Below, in pieces: positions 16,418 to 26,774 of a stretch of 30,010 nt of DNA. Made by a program: the position numbers and the translations under genes. Position 1 is the stretch's first letter. Each line of letters starts with the position of its first letter. The DNA is taken from positions 1-30,010 of the forward strand of contig BTVY01000062.1 of assembly GCA_045863335.1 (NCBI GenBank), in the 5' to 3' direction. Under the pieces are notes generated by a model, which saw only the letters and a list, made by a program, of their open reading frames with translations, was not told the origin of the DNA and searched no databases. Source of the stretch: Candidatus Hydrogenedentota bacterium. GTDB taxonomy: Bacteria; Hydrogenedentota; Hydrogenedentia; Hydrogenedentales; SLHB01.

Positions 16418-17860
16418 CTATCCCAGAATGGGATGAACCACATTTCCGTGGACGTCGGTGAGGCGGAAATCGCGGCCCTGGTAGCGGAACGTGAGGCGCT
16501 CGTGGTCGATGCCCATGAGGTGGAGGACGGTTGCGTTGAAGTCGTGGACGTGGACAGGGTCTTTCACGACATTGAAACTGAACTCGTCGGTTTCGCCGTA
16601 GGTGATCCCCGGTTTGATGCCGCCGCCGGCCATCCAGATGGAGAAGCAGCGGCCGTGATGATCGCGGCCGTAGTTGTCGGCTTCGAGCTTGCCCTGGCTG
16701 TAGACCGAACGGCCGAACTCGCCGCCCCAGATGACGAGCGTATCGTCCAGCATGCCCCGGGTCTTCAGGTCGGTAATGAGGGCGGCGCTAGCCTGATCCA
16801 CGTCTTTGCATTGGGATTGAATGTCGCGGGGAAGATTGTCGTGCTGGTCCCAACCCCGATGATAGAGCTGCACAAAGCGCACGCCGCGTTCCGCCAGCCG
16901 CCGCGCCAACAGGCAGTTGGCCGCGAAGGAGCCGGGCTTGCGGACGTCCTCGCCGTAGAGGTTCATGACCGATTCCGGCTCCGACGAAAAGTCCACTAGT
17001 TCCGGCACGGACATCTGCATCTTGTAGGCCATCTCGTACTGGGAAATGCGCGTCATGATTTCGGGATCGGCGACTTCCTCGTGGAGCGAGCGGTTTAGTT
17101 TGGAAAGGCCATCCAGCATCCGGCGGCGCGTTTCGCGATCCACGCCGGGAGGATTCTTGAGATACAGCACCGGTTCGCCGGACGATCGCAGGTTGATACC
17201 CTGATGCTCCGAGGGCAGGAAGCCCGCGCCCCAGATGCGGGGGTATAACGGCTGCATGTTCACGAAGGGGCTACCCTTCGAGATTAGTACGCAGAAGGCC
17301 GGCAGATCCTGATTCTCGCTGCCGAGCCCGTAGCTCAGCCAGGATCCCATGCTGGGCCGCCCCGCCTGCTGCGCGCCAGTCGTAACGTAGGTGGTCGCGG
17401 GATCGTGGTTGATGGCTTCCGTGTTCATGGTTCGCACGATGCACAGGTCGTCCGCGACGCCGGCGGTGTGCGGCAGCAATTCGCTCATCCATGCTCCGCT
17501 CTGGCCGTGCTGCTGGAATCGGAAGCGCGACGACACGACCGGGAAAGCGTCCTGGCCGGAAGTCATGGTGGTGAGCCGCTGCCCTCCCCGCACCGAATCC
17601 GGCAACTCCGTCCCGTGAAGGGATTGGAGGCTGGACTTGTAGTCGAAGAGGTCTACCTGCGACGGGCCGCCGGACATGAAGAGGTAGATGATGCGTTTGG
17701 CCTTCGGCGCAAAGTGCGGCGCCCGCGGCAACTGCGACGAACCGAAGGCCGCTGCGGGGTTCAGCAGTCCCGCCAGCGCCGCCACGCCAATCCCCGTGGT
17801 GGACCGGCCGAAGAACTGCCGCCGGGTCAACAGCAACTCGTTTTCGCGTACCGGGTCCAT
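16418..17860 (-). CDS. DUF1501 domain protein, paralog 1
   Basis: Same motifs as 14229..15683; ATG 17860 with AAGGA RBS. Confidence 0.92.
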   Translation of the reverse strand: MDPVRENELLLTRRQFFGRSTTGIGVAALAGLLNPAAAFGSSQLPRAPHFAPKAKRIIYLFMSGGPSQVDLFDYKSSLQSLHGTELPDSVRGGQRLTTMTSGQDAFPVVSSRFRFQQHGQSGAWMSELLPHTAGVADDLCIVRTMNTEAINHDPATTYVTTGAQQAGRPSMGSWLSYGLGSENQDLPAFCVLISKGSPFVNMQPLYPRIWGAGFLPSEHQGINLRSSGEPVLYLKNPPGVDRETRRRMLDGLSKLNRSLHEEVADPEIMTRISQYEMAYKMQMSVPELVDFSSEPESVMNLYGEDVRKPGSFAANCLLARRLAERGVRFVQLYHRGWDQHDNLPRDIQSQCKDVDQASAALITDLKTRGMLDDTLVIWGGEFGRSVYSQGKLEADNYGRDHHGRCFSIWMAGGGIKPGITYGETDEFSFNVVKDPVHVHDFNATVLHLMGIDHERLTFRYQGRDFRLTDVHGNVVHPILG

Positions 17861-17931
17861 GAGCAATCCTTGGCTTGCGCGTTTCGAGGGGTCTCAGCCT
17901 GTAACGATCGTCAAAACAACGCGAGTGCTAC

Positions 17932-18217
17932 TAAGAACATCCCCCTTGATCCCCCTTCAAAGGGGGAGTAGCGTGGGGCATGCTAACGGTTTTAAATGCG
18001 GTATTCTGCTTCGGGCCGAGTATTTCGCTACGCTCATTCGCGCCGTAAAGTGGCCGCGCTTCGTTCCCCCCTTTGACGGAGGCGTTTTATGGAGCTACGG
18101 CTACGGTCGCGAACGCGGTATTCTGCTTCGGACCGAGTATTTCGCTACGCTCATTCGCGCCGTAAAGCGGCCGCGTTTCATTCCCCCTTTGAAGGGGGAT
18201 CAAGGGGGATGTTCTTA
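17932..18217. repeat. REPIN/MITE-like element family B, copy 4, with internal direct duplication
   Basis: Arms at 17932-17967 and 18180-18217; 17998-18076 is duplicated at 18115-18192. Confidence 0.9.
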
Positions 18218-18267
18218 AGAGCATGTGCCGTGCCCGACATCCCCGATGGGTTACGGATTCGTCATGT

Positions 18268-21200
18268 TCAACTTTTCGTGACGGTTTCGTCCAGGTTCAG
18301 AATGATGCTGGCGATGGTGCTCCACGCGGCCAGTTCCGGCACATCCAGCGATTCGTCGCGCGGATGCTCGCCCACAGCGAGCAAAGCCGAGGCCGCTTCC
18401 TGATCCTGCCGGTAGGCTTCGACTTGCGCGTTGAACGTTTCCACGAGAACCAAACACTCTTCCGGTTTCGGCTCGCGCGCCGTGGCCAGTTCGAAGGCAT
18501 ACATGACGCGATCCATCGGCTCGGGCCCCGCTTCCTTCATCATGCGTTCGGCCAGCACACGCGCCGCTTCGACGTACTGCGTGTCGTTCATCAGTGCGAG
18601 CGCCTGCAACGGCGTGTTCGTGCGCGCGCGGCGTACGGTGCACACCTCGCGGTTTGGCGCGTCGAAGATCAGCATACCCGGAGGCGGCGACTGCCGTTTC
18701 CAGAAGGTGTACATGCTGCGGCGGTAGAGCGCCTCGCCGGTGTCCTGCTCGAATATCTGACCGGTGAATTCCGTGCCGCCGTAGGACACCTCTTTCCAGA
18801 GGCCTTCCGGCTGGTACGGCTTCACGCTCGGGCCGCCAATGTCTTCCACTAACAGGCCGCTGATGGCGAGCGCATTGTCGCGCACCATTTCCGCGTCCAT
18901 GCGGAAACGGGGACCTTTCGCCAGCAATCGATTCTCCGGATCGCGCTCGAGCAACTCGTCGCGGTACTTCGATGCCTGGCGATACGTTGCCGACAGGACG
19001 ATCTTCTTCTGCATGGCCTTGATGTCCCAGCCCGACGCGACAAACTCGGTCGCCAGCCAGTCGAGCAGCTCGGGATGGGTCGGCCATTCGCCCTGAATGC
19101 CGAAGTCTTCCGCGGTGCGGACGAGGCCCAATCCGAAGTAGTGCATCCAGTAGCGATTGACCACCACGCGCGACGTCAACGGATGCGAGGGGTCCACGAG
19201 CCACTGGGCGAAACCGAGCCGGTTGTTGGGCGCGCCTTCCGGAAGGGGTGGCAGCGCAGCCGGCACGGCCGCGGTTACCTTATCCGTGGGCTGATCGTAC
19301 TGGCCACGCGCGAGGATGAAGGTTTCGCGCGGCTCTTCCATTTCCGCCATGACCATCGTCGTGGGGATTTCCGCTTCCAGCTTCTTCCGCTCTGCTTCGA
19401 GGGCGGCGAGATCCGTGCTCAGCGGTTCCCAGTCCGGCCAGTTCCGGCTCCGGTAATACTCGCGGAGACTTGCGACCTGCGTCTCGTTCCGGGTGTCCGC
19501 CGGGATAGACAAGGCCCGCTCCACTTCCATCGGCACATCGCCCACGACCTCGTCCGCACGCCGGAAGTAGTAGGCGTAGGCGTTGCCGTAGTTCACAACC
19601 TTCATGAGGAGCTGGTTTTCGCCTGATTTCAGCTTGACCGTGACCATGTCCTGGTCCGCAGCAACACCGCGCTGCACGTCGTTGTCGTGGACGACTTCGC
19701 CGTTCAGCCAGAGCTTGTTGGCATCGTTGCTGCCCAAGGCGAGCGTGATCTCGCGTTCCGAAGGCGAGGTAATCGTCCGGTAGAAATAGGTCGCGCAGAT
19801 TTCGCCGGTGAGTTCCTGGATTGCGCCGTCCGTCAGGTGAGGTTGAAGCACCCACTTGGCGCGATGATCTTCATAGGTTGCCGCGAGATCGACGCCCTCT
19901 TCGGGGCCGTACGCGGTTGTGTAAGCCTGCTTGCCGTCCTCGGCGATGTAGGGACCGTTCACGTACCAGGGTCCGAATTCGGCGGGGGCCATGGCGGGAT
20001 CCGCCGTGGCCGAAACCTTGAAACTGCCCATGGCATGGTTCGCGAACTTCGACTCGTGGCGAATCACGATACGAATGCGCGTGCCCACATCAAAACCGAA
20101 GGGCCGCTCCGCCACAAACACAATGGCGCGGTCCTCGCTGCTGCCGCCGTCTACCGCCCAACCTGTCTCCGCGTTGCCATCAATCGTGAGGGCGGCATTG
20201 AAGTCCTTCTGCGCATAGTCTGCCACCGCCGTGACGAACTTCACGGGCTGCTTCAGTTCCGCGTTGTCGGCCGGAGAGATTTCCGCCTCGAAGGAGGTAA
20301 GCACAAAATTGCCGTTGTTCGAGCGGCCGAGCTTGCCGTCGATCATGGATGCGTCCGTTAGGGCGTCCAAGCGGATCGCCGTCATGCCGGTCAGGTTCGT
20401 ATGCGCGACGATCTCATATACGTCCGTCGCCGGGTTTTCGCCTTCCACGAGGATGGAACGGTCGACGCGCTTCTTCAGCGTCGCCCCGCCCGAAGACGTG
20501 GCGGTTTCCGCTTCCAGCGCGGTCCAACGCGACTCCAGCTTTGACAGAGTTTCCGTTTCCCACGCGGCCTGGGCCGCGTCGACCTCGGCAATCGGCGCGC
20601 TCATCTTCGCGAGCACGGCGTCGATGTCCGTCTTCAGTACCGCCATCTTCTCCCGCTGTTCGGGGAGCGGCGCGGGGATGCGCGGCACGGCGTTGCCATC
20701 GTTTCCGTCCGAACCCTTCTCGGGCACCGAATTGAAGAAGGCGAACATCTGGTAAAACTCTTCCATGGACACGGGATCGAACTTGTGATCGTGACATTGG
20801 GCACAGCCGACCGTCAGCCCGAGCCAGGTGGAACCGGTCGTGTTCAGTCGATCGATGACGTACTGGACGCGATACTCTTCCGGAATGATCCCGCCTTCGA
20901 ACGTGATCATGTGGTTGCGATTGAAGCCCGTAGCGATGAGCTGGTCAAGGCTGGGATCGGGCAAGAGGTCGCCCGCGAGCTGTTCGATGGTGAACTGGTC
21001 GAAGGGCAGATTCTTGTTGTACGCGTCGATGACCCAGTCGCGCCAGCGCCACATGTACCGCACATTGTCGATGTGATAGCCGTTCGTGTCGGCGTAGCGC
21101 GCCACGTCGAGCCAGCGCCGCGCCATCTGCTCGCCGTAATGCGGCGATTCGAGCAGGCGGTCGACCAGCTTCTCGTACGCGTCCGGACTTTCATCAGCGA

Positions 21201-22263
21201 CAAACGCCTCCACCTCTTCCGGCGTCGGCGGCAGGCCTGTCAGATCGAGGGATGCACGCCGAATCAGGGTGCGGCGATCGGCTTCGGGGGACGGCTCCAG
21301 CCCTTCGCGCTCGAGTTTCGCGAGGATGAAATAGTCGATCTCGTTCTTTGCCCAATCCTTGTGAGTGACATCAGGAAGCGCCGGTTGCGTGGGCGTTACG
21401 AAGGCCCAATGCTTCTCATACTTGCCGCCCTGATCGATCCATTCGCCGATGAGCGCGATCTGTTCTTCCGAAAGGGTCTTCTCAAAATCTGCCGGCGGCA
21501 TCTTGTCCATCGGGTCGGACGTAGTGATGCGCTTGAACACTTCGCTCGTGGCGCTGTCGCCGGGCACGATGGGCGCGCCGCCGTTTGCGAAGGCCGCCGT
21601 CGCGCCTTCTTCCGTGTCGAGACGAAAGCCCGCTTTTCTGGTCTGCTCGTCAGGCCCGTGGCACGCGAAACAGTTGTTGGCGAGGATGGGACGGATGTCC
21701 TTGTTGAAGTCAACGCGATCCGCGGGATCGATGGCGGGCGTGGCTTTCGGGGCGGCCGTTGGCGTTTCCGCCGGTTTCTCGGCCGGAGCGCCGCCGGTTT
21801 CGAGGAGATTCAGCAATTCCAGCGAACGCTCGTAGACCGACAGCTTCTCATCGATGCCGGCCTTCTGCTGCTGGGCCGCTTCGAGTTGCTTGGTCAATTC
21901 CGGGATCGACGCTTGAATCTTCTCGAGCTCCGCTTTCGCGGCATTGATCTGCGTCGTCAGTTCGTTGATTTGTGCGTCGAGTTCGCTCTTGCGCGTTTCC
22001 GCCGCCGATACTTCCTGCGTCACCGCGTCGATCTCGGGCGCGACTTTGGTCGCTTCTTCCTTCGCTCCTTCGAGACGCTGTCGAACGACTTCTTCGACGG
22101 CCGCGCGTGACTCAGGATCGTCCTGCAAGTCTTCAAGGAGCTTCAGGAACTCCTCGACGCTCGGTTGATTCGCTTCAGGCGGCGCGGCCTGATCTTCTGC
22201 TATCGCAGAGAACAAACTCGCCGAAAACGCACAGATCACCACCAGGATAAAACGCATACGCAT
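18268..22263 (-). CDS. PSD1 and planctomycete cytochrome c domain protein (PSCyt1/DUF1549/DUF1553), 1331 aa
   Basis: Signal peptide, VDFNKDIRPILANNCFACHGPD, HWAF, WLDVARYADT, CAQCHDHKFDP, PTHPELLDWLA, YRRSMYTFWKR, TNTPLQAL. Confidence 0.93.
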   Translation of the reverse strand: MRMRFILVVICAFSASLFSAIAEDQAAPPEANQPSVEEFLKLLEDLQDDPESRAAVEEVVRQRLEGAKEEATKVAPEIDAVTQEVSAAETRKSELDAQINELTTQINAAKAELEKIQASIPELTKQLEAAQQQKAGIDEKLSVYERSLELLNLLETGGAPAEKPAETPTAAPKATPAIDPADRVDFNKDIRPILANNCFACHGPDEQTRKAGFRLDTEEGATAAFANGGAPIVPGDSATSEVFKRITTSDPMDKMPPADFEKTLSEEQIALIGEWIDQGGKYEKHWAFVTPTQPALPDVTHKDWAKNEIDYFILAKLEREGLEPSPEADRRTLIRRASLDLTGLPPTPEEVEAFVADESPDAYEKLVDRLLESPHYGEQMARRWLDVARYADTNGYHIDNVRYMWRWRDWVIDAYNKNLPFDQFTIEQLAGDLLPDPSLDQLIATGFNRNHMITFEGGIIPEEYRVQYVIDRLNTTGSTWLGLTVGCAQCHDHKFDPVSMEEFYQMFAFFNSVPEKGSDGNDGNAVPRIPAPLPEQREKMAVLKTDIDAVLAKMSAPIAEVDAAQAAWETETLSKLESRWTALEAETATSSGGATLKKRVDRSILVEGENPATDVYEIVAHTNLTGMTAIRLDALTDASMIDGKLGRSNNGNFVLTSFEAEISPADNAELKQPVKFVTAVADYAQKDFNAALTIDGNAETGWAVDGGSSEDRAIVFVAERPFGFDVGTRIRIVIRHESKFANHAMGSFKVSATADPAMAPAEFGPWYVNGPYIAEDGKQAYTTAYGPEEGVDLAATYEDHRAKWVLQPHLTDGAIQELTGEICATYFYRTITSPSEREITLALGSNDANKLWLNGEVVHDNDVQRGVAADQDMVTVKLKSGENQLLMKVVNYGNAYAYYFRRADEVVGDVPMEVERALSIPADTRNETQVASLREYYRSRNWPDWEPLSTDLAALEAERKKLEAEIPTTMVMAEMEEPRETFILARGQYDQPTDKVTAAVPAALPPLPEGAPNNRLGFAQWLVDPSHPLTSRVVVNRYWMHYFGLGLVRTAEDFGIQGEWPTHPELLDWLATEFVASGWDIKAMQKKIVLSATYRQASKYRDELLERDPENRLLAKGPRFRMDAEMVRDNALAISGLLVEDIGGPSVKPYQPEGLWKEVSYGGTEFTGQIFEQDTGEALYRRSMYTFWKRQSPPPGMLIFDAPNREVCTVRRARTNTPLQALALMNDTQYVEAARVLAERMMKEAGPEPMDRVMYAFELATAREPKPEECLVLVETFNAQVEAYRQDQEAASALLAVGEHPRDESLDVPELAAWSTIASIILNLDETVTKS

Positions 22264-22481
22264 AAGACCGATTGCCTCCTACCCTCCATGATTCCAGAGG
22301 AGACCCCATAACGTCAAGATTCTCCGGGGTTTTCCTGGCCTTCGCCATCAAGATCCTGGCGGCCGGGCGGGAGACGGGATTTTGCTGTTAACGCGTTGCC
22401 CCGTCGACGTTTGTCTAGACGGTGGCGTCTCAAGGTATACTGGCCGACGCATTTCAAGGCTGTCCAGAAGAGGAGGTTCTA

Positions 22482-23345
22482 GTGGGCCAATCCGCGGCGC
22501 CGATGCAAGGAAAGGTCTCCGTTGTTACCGGAGCGACGTCGGGTATCGGAGCGGCAACTGCGCTGGGTCTGGCGCAGTTGGGCTCGGATGTCGTGCTTAT
22601 CGGCCGCGACCGCACGCGAGGGGAGCGGGTCCTTCGAGAAGTGCAGCGCGTCGCCCCGGGCGCTACCGCCACGTTTCTCGCGGCGGACTTTCGATTGCAA
22701 CAATCCGTCCGCGATGTCGCATCCGACGTGTTGGCGCGCTGCGATCGGCTGGACGTGTTGATCAACAACGCGGGGATCATAGCAACGCAGCGGCGGCTGA
22801 CAGTCGATGGTATCGAGGAACAGTTCGCGGTCAATCATCTCGCTCCGTTTCTGCTCACCAACCTGCTGTTGGACAGGATGAAGGAAAGCGCGCCCGCGCG
22901 GATTATCAATGTGTCGTCGGATATGCATTCGGGACGATGCATTGATTTCGACGACCTTAACCGGGACAAAGCATATAAGCCCTACCGCGTGTACGGAGAA
23001 ACAAAGCTCGCAAACGTGCTATTTACCTACGAACTGGCGCGCCGCTTGGAAGGCACTGGGGTAACTGCGAACTGTCTGCATCCCGGCGTTGTGCGAACGG
23101 CTATCGTGCGCGATATGATTCTTCCGGTACGATTGCTGATGCGCATCTTCGGGTTTCTTTTGAAGAGCCCCGCCAACGGTGCGAAGACGTCCATCTTTCT
23201 GGCATCGGACGCAGCGCTCGAGGCGGTAAGTGCGAAATTCTTCATGCGCTGCGCAGAGCATGCGTCGTCACCAGAGTCGTATGATGGCGAGGCGGCACGA
23301 CGCCTCTGGGAAATCAGCGCAAAGATGACGGGTCTCGCGACGTGA
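22482..23345 (+). CDS. Short-chain dehydrogenase/reductase (retinol-DH-like)
   Basis: TGATSGIG, NNAG, NVSS, YGETK (YxxxK), HPGVV; GTG start after AGGAGG. Confidence 0.92.
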   Translation: MGQSAAPMQGKVSVVTGATSGIGAATALGLAQLGSDVVLIGRDRTRGERVLREVQRVAPGATATFLAADFRLQQSVRDVASDVLARCDRLDVLINNAGIIATQRRLTVDGIEEQFAVNHLAPFLLTNLLLDRMKESAPARIINVSSDMHSGRCIDFDDLNRDKAYKPYRVYGETKLANVLFTYELARRLEGTGVTANCLHPGVVRTAIVRDMILPVRLLMRIFGFLLKSPANGAKTSIFLASDAALEAVSAKFFMRCAEHASSPESYDGEAARRLWEISAKMTGLAT

Positions 23346-23384
23346 ATACGGAAATCGGCGATCCGATACGGGAACGGAGGCACC

Positions 23385-24785
23385 ATGGCACGTGAAGAGC
23401 ACAGCAAACTAACAAGGCGCGGGTTTCTTGGTGCCGCGGCGGGAGCCGGCGCGTTGGCCGCACAAGGTTGCGCGGGGCTCGATCGCAAAGCGTCGTCGCG
23501 CCGTCCGAACGTGATCTATGTATTCAGCGACGAACACCGGTGGCAATCCATGTCGTTCACTGAACTGCCGGAGGTTCATACGCCAAACATGGCGAGGCTC
23601 GCTTCACAAGGCACGGAGTTCGTCAATTGCATCAGCAACTATCCTGTGTGCTCGCCCCATCGCGCCATGCTGCTGACGGGACGCTGGCCCTATGAGCAGG
23701 GCGTCATCGATAACAACATTCCTTTGTCGCCGGATCGCATGACCATCGGGAAAGCCTTTCAACAATCGGGCTATCACACGGCGTATATCGGGAAATGGCA
23801 CCTCGGGGGAACCCGCGCGGAACCCTTCGGCTTCGACCAATCGCTTATCTGGGGACGGACGAATACCCATTGGGATGAATCGGTCTACTATCCCGAAGGC
23901 GACATCCCCGTGCAGCCGAAAGGCTACAACGCCACGCTGATGACCGACCAGGCAATTGACTACATGCGGGCGCATACCACGGAACCGTTTTTCCTCATGC
24001 TCTCGCTCAATCCGCCCCATGCGAATTTCCTCGACGCCCCGGAATCGGAACTCGCCAGGTACGCCGATGGATCGCTCCCGCGCCGGCCCAACACCTCCGG
24101 TCTCGAACCGGGTTCGGGAGAACAGGAGGACGTGCTGAAATCCAACGATTGGAACCACTACCGCGGATACCACGCCCACATCAGCGCGATCGATGCCGAA
24201 CTCGGCCGCGTGATGCAGACGCTCGACGAACTCGGGATCGCGGACGACACGATCCTGATCTACACATCGGACCACGGTTCCATGTTCGGGTCTCACGGCG
24301 TGGGCAGCAAACGCCAGCCCTATGAGGAGTCGATACGGGTGCCATTCCTCGTGCGTTGGCCCGATCGGATTCCGGAGGGACGGCGGATTGATCCGCTGTT
24401 TGGAACGATCGATATTTGCCCGACCCTCTGTTCGCTCGCAGGAGCCGTAATCCCGGAAGAATTCCAGGGGCAGGATTTCGCCGGCCATCTGCTGGGACGC
24501 CGCGGCCCCGAGCCGGAGTCGCAGTTTATCATGCACATTTCCAAGGAGAACGCTTCGCGCGGTAACGATCATCCCGCGCCCATTTTCAGGGGCGTTCGAA
24601 CCGCGCGGTACACGTATGCGCGGCTCGCGGACGGCTCAGGCATGTTGTTTGACAACGAAACGGATCCCTATCAGATGAACAACCGGTTCCACGATGCCGC
24701 GTTATCGGATGTGCGGGACACGCACCAGGGGATGCTGCGCCAATGGCTAGCCGCGGCCTCCGATCCATTTTCGCCAGGCGCATGA
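23385..24785 (+). CDS. Tat-exported Cys-type (formylglycine) sulfatase
   Basis: TRRGFL twin-arginine signal, RPNVIYVFSDEHR, CSPHR (CxPxR), LLTGR, GKWHL, YTSDHG. Confidence 0.93.
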   Translation: MAREEHSKLTRRGFLGAAAGAGALAAQGCAGLDRKASSRRPNVIYVFSDEHRWQSMSFTELPEVHTPNMARLASQGTEFVNCISNYPVCSPHRAMLLTGRWPYEQGVIDNNIPLSPDRMTIGKAFQQSGYHTAYIGKWHLGGTRAEPFGFDQSLIWGRTNTHWDESVYYPEGDIPVQPKGYNATLMTDQAIDYMRAHTTEPFFLMLSLNPPHANFLDAPESELARYADGSLPRRPNTSGLEPGSGEQEDVLKSNDWNHYRGYHAHISAIDAELGRVMQTLDELGIADDTILIYTSDHGSMFGSHGVGSKRQPYEESIRVPFLVRWPDRIPEGRRIDPLFGTIDICPTLCSLAGAVIPEEFQGQDFAGHLLGRRGPEPESQFIMHISKENASRGNDHPAPIFRGVRTARYTYARLADGSGMLFDNETDPYQMNNRFHDAALSDVRDTHQGMLRQWLAAASDPFSPGA

Positions 24786-24813
24786 CCCGGGCCCGATAGC
24801 ATTCGGAGATTCC

Positions 24814-26139
24814 ATGTACCGCGACGACTCCAATCAAGAACGCATAGCCCAGTTGATCGAAATGTTCAAGACGATCAACACGGATCCCGATCCGGTTCGA
24901 TCCATCAGCCATTACGCGGGGCGTATGCGCCAACTTTACGGTGAGCAGGGGTTGATTTCCGTTTCGTTGCGAAACGTCCCGCCGGGTCACTACCGCGTCA
25001 TGCGATTCCTGAATCAGAAAAGCAGCGGAATCGACGGCTCTCACGACATCGTGTTTGCTGGACCCGACGCGCCGGCCGTTAAGGGTGGGATTATTGGCGA
25101 TCTGGTCCAGAACGAGTTCCCGGTCGTAATCCGCGAATTGTCCATTCCGGATGACCCGGTGTTGGGGAACCGGTTAGCGCCGTACCGCATGCTCGTCGCA
25201 GTTCCCGTCTATGACGGAGATGCCGCGCTGAACTGGGTGATCTTTCTCACGGTGGACCCCGAGGGTTTTACTCCTTTCGACATCGAGACCCGCATCCTCC
25301 AGTCCAATCTGATGTCGGGCATCACCAATATCAAGCGGACCAATCAGGAACTGGTCCTCGCGACCGAGTGGATTCACCGCGAGGTCGATGAAATCGCGCT
25401 GATTCAAAAAGACTTGCTCCCTGGCTCCATGCCCCATATCCCCGGGCTGCGGCTCGCGGCATCGTATCGCTACTTCGACCGCGCCGGCGGAGACCTCTAC
25501 GACGTGTTCCCTATGGGGGAGCGCCCGGAAGACGCGTCGGCGGCATCCGGTACCTGGGGGATTTTGATTGCCGACGTCTCCGGCCACGGCGTGGCATCGG
25601 CCGTCATTGTGGCCATGCTGTCGACGCTCGTGGCGGCACTGGCCGAACGCACCACGGATCCCGGCGAGCTACTCACCCGGCTTAATCGATTCATCGCCGC
25701 CAAGGCGATCAATGGAAACTTCGTCACGGCGTTTCTCATGACCTACGACACGGCGAACGGAAGCGCGGCCTATGCGTGCGCGGGGCATAACGTGCCGTTG
25801 CGGCGTTCCACGGACGGGGTCGTCAATCCGCTGCCCGGCACCGGAGGCATCCCGCTCGGAATTACCGGCGCCGCGCGGTACGAGACCGTTCCCCTGGACT
25901 ATCGTCGTGGAGATACCGTTCTGCTCTATACGGACGGCGTGACGGAGTCGCACGCGCCGTCCAACGATCTGTTCGGGGAAGCCCGGCTCGAAGCGGTGCT
26001 GGCGGAAGCCCCCGGCGATCCCGAAGAGGTGATCCGGGCAGTCTCGCGAGCGCTGGAGCAACATCAGGCCGGCTCCACGCAGTCGGACGATCAAGCCTTG
26101 CTCGCCATCACCTTCGACGGCGTTCCCGGCTTGGATTAG
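24814..26139 (+). CDS. SpoIIE/PP2C-type phosphatase with N-terminal GAF-like region
   Basis: IQKDLLP, GGDLYD, IADVSGHG, FVTA, AGH, LYTDGVTE, DDQ. Confidence 0.9.
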   Translation: MYRDDSNQERIAQLIEMFKTINTDPDPVRSISHYAGRMRQLYGEQGLISVSLRNVPPGHYRVMRFLNQKSSGIDGSHDIVFAGPDAPAVKGGIIGDLVQNEFPVVIRELSIPDDPVLGNRLAPYRMLVAVPVYDGDAALNWVIFLTVDPEGFTPFDIETRILQSNLMSGITNIKRTNQELVLATEWIHREVDEIALIQKDLLPGSMPHIPGLRLAASYRYFDRAGGDLYDVFPMGERPEDASAASGTWGILIADVSGHGVASAVIVAMLSTLVAALAERTTDPGELLTRLNRFIAAKAINGNFVTAFLMTYDTANGSAAYACAGHNVPLRRSTDGVVNPLPGTGGIPLGITGAARYETVPLDYRRGDTVLLYTDGVTESHAPSNDLFGEARLEAVLAEAPGDPEEVIRAVSRALEQHQAGSTQSDDQALLAITFDGVPGLD

Positions 26140-26153
26140 AGGCCATAAGCCCT

Positions 26154-26179
26154 GTAGCGCCCGGCTTCCATGCCGGGCG
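26154..26179 (+). repeat. GTAG-type REP-like hairpin between convergent genes
   Basis: GTAG + CGCCCGGC-TTCCAT-GCCGGGCG; may also act as a terminator. Confidence 0.55.
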
Positions 26180-26195
26180 AGATGCAAAGCCGCCG

Positions 26196-26774
26196 CTAAC
26201 TTCGGAAGAGGTTTGCAACCGAGTGGTAGATGAACCACGCCCACTGGAAGACCCACACGCGGAATGACGGCCAGAGTACGAGCATGAGAAATAGAATCGA
26301 AGCGATCGCCAACTTGCTGGTCAGTAAGCGGCGGACAAGGTCGTACAACCACGTGAACAGGTTTCGTACCGCGCGGGCCGTCGCGCGGCCCGCCGTCTGA
26401 ATGGCCCACCCGAAATCGCTTTCATAGACGATGCCCCGGCTGCGGCGCGCGAGCCCGTCGGGTGAGCAATCCACCGCCAACAGTGTGTTCCCCACCTGGA
26501 TGGTGCCGCCGTGTCGCACGATACGCGACAAAAGGGATCCCGTGCGTTTGCCGTTGACAAACACCGGATTGCGGCTGGTCCGCCGTACGCGGTACCCATC
26601 GGAAACCACGGTTACCAGCGCATGCAGATCGTCCACGTTCATGTCGAGCCGGATCTGAACGGGACAAGCCGATTCGCTGCCGATATGAAAGGGCGCGCGC
26701 ACCACGGGGAATTCGGTCCCGTCCTCCGGTCCGTTGATGATGACAAAGCTGTCCGCCTGACCGGCTGCCCTCAT
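26196..26774 (-). CDS. FHA-domain membrane protein
   Basis: GPEDGTEF..FHIGS..DDLHA..NPVFVNG..GGTIQVGNT FHA-like pattern, C-terminal hydrophobic helix; ATGA overlap with the Clp gene. Confidence 0.75.
   Translation of the reverse strand: MRAAGQADSFVIINGPEDGTEFPVVRAPFHIGSESACPVQIRLDMNVDDLHALVTVVSDGYRVRRTSRNPVFVNGKRTGSLLSRIVRHGGTIQVGNTLLAVDCSPDGLARRSRGIVYESDFGWAIQTAGRATARAVRNLFTWLYDLVRRLLTSKLAIASILFLMLVLWPSFRVWVFQWAWFIYHSVANLFRS

Noticed and set aside
1-18217. CRISPR array interpretation of the 35-39 bp repeats
   Set aside because: Copies are dispersed or inverted rather than regularly spaced direct repeats, and no cas genes are present.
22264-22481. Riboswitch or ncRNA in the divergent gap (also considered for 29622-29850)
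   Set aside because: Only weak imperfect stems or AT-rich promoter-like sequence; no recognisable RNA family motif.
23345-23372. Weak 7-periodic sequence AATACGG AAATCGG CGATCCG ATACGG after the SDR stop
   Set aside because: Too degenerate to call a relative of the YTGCGGA array.
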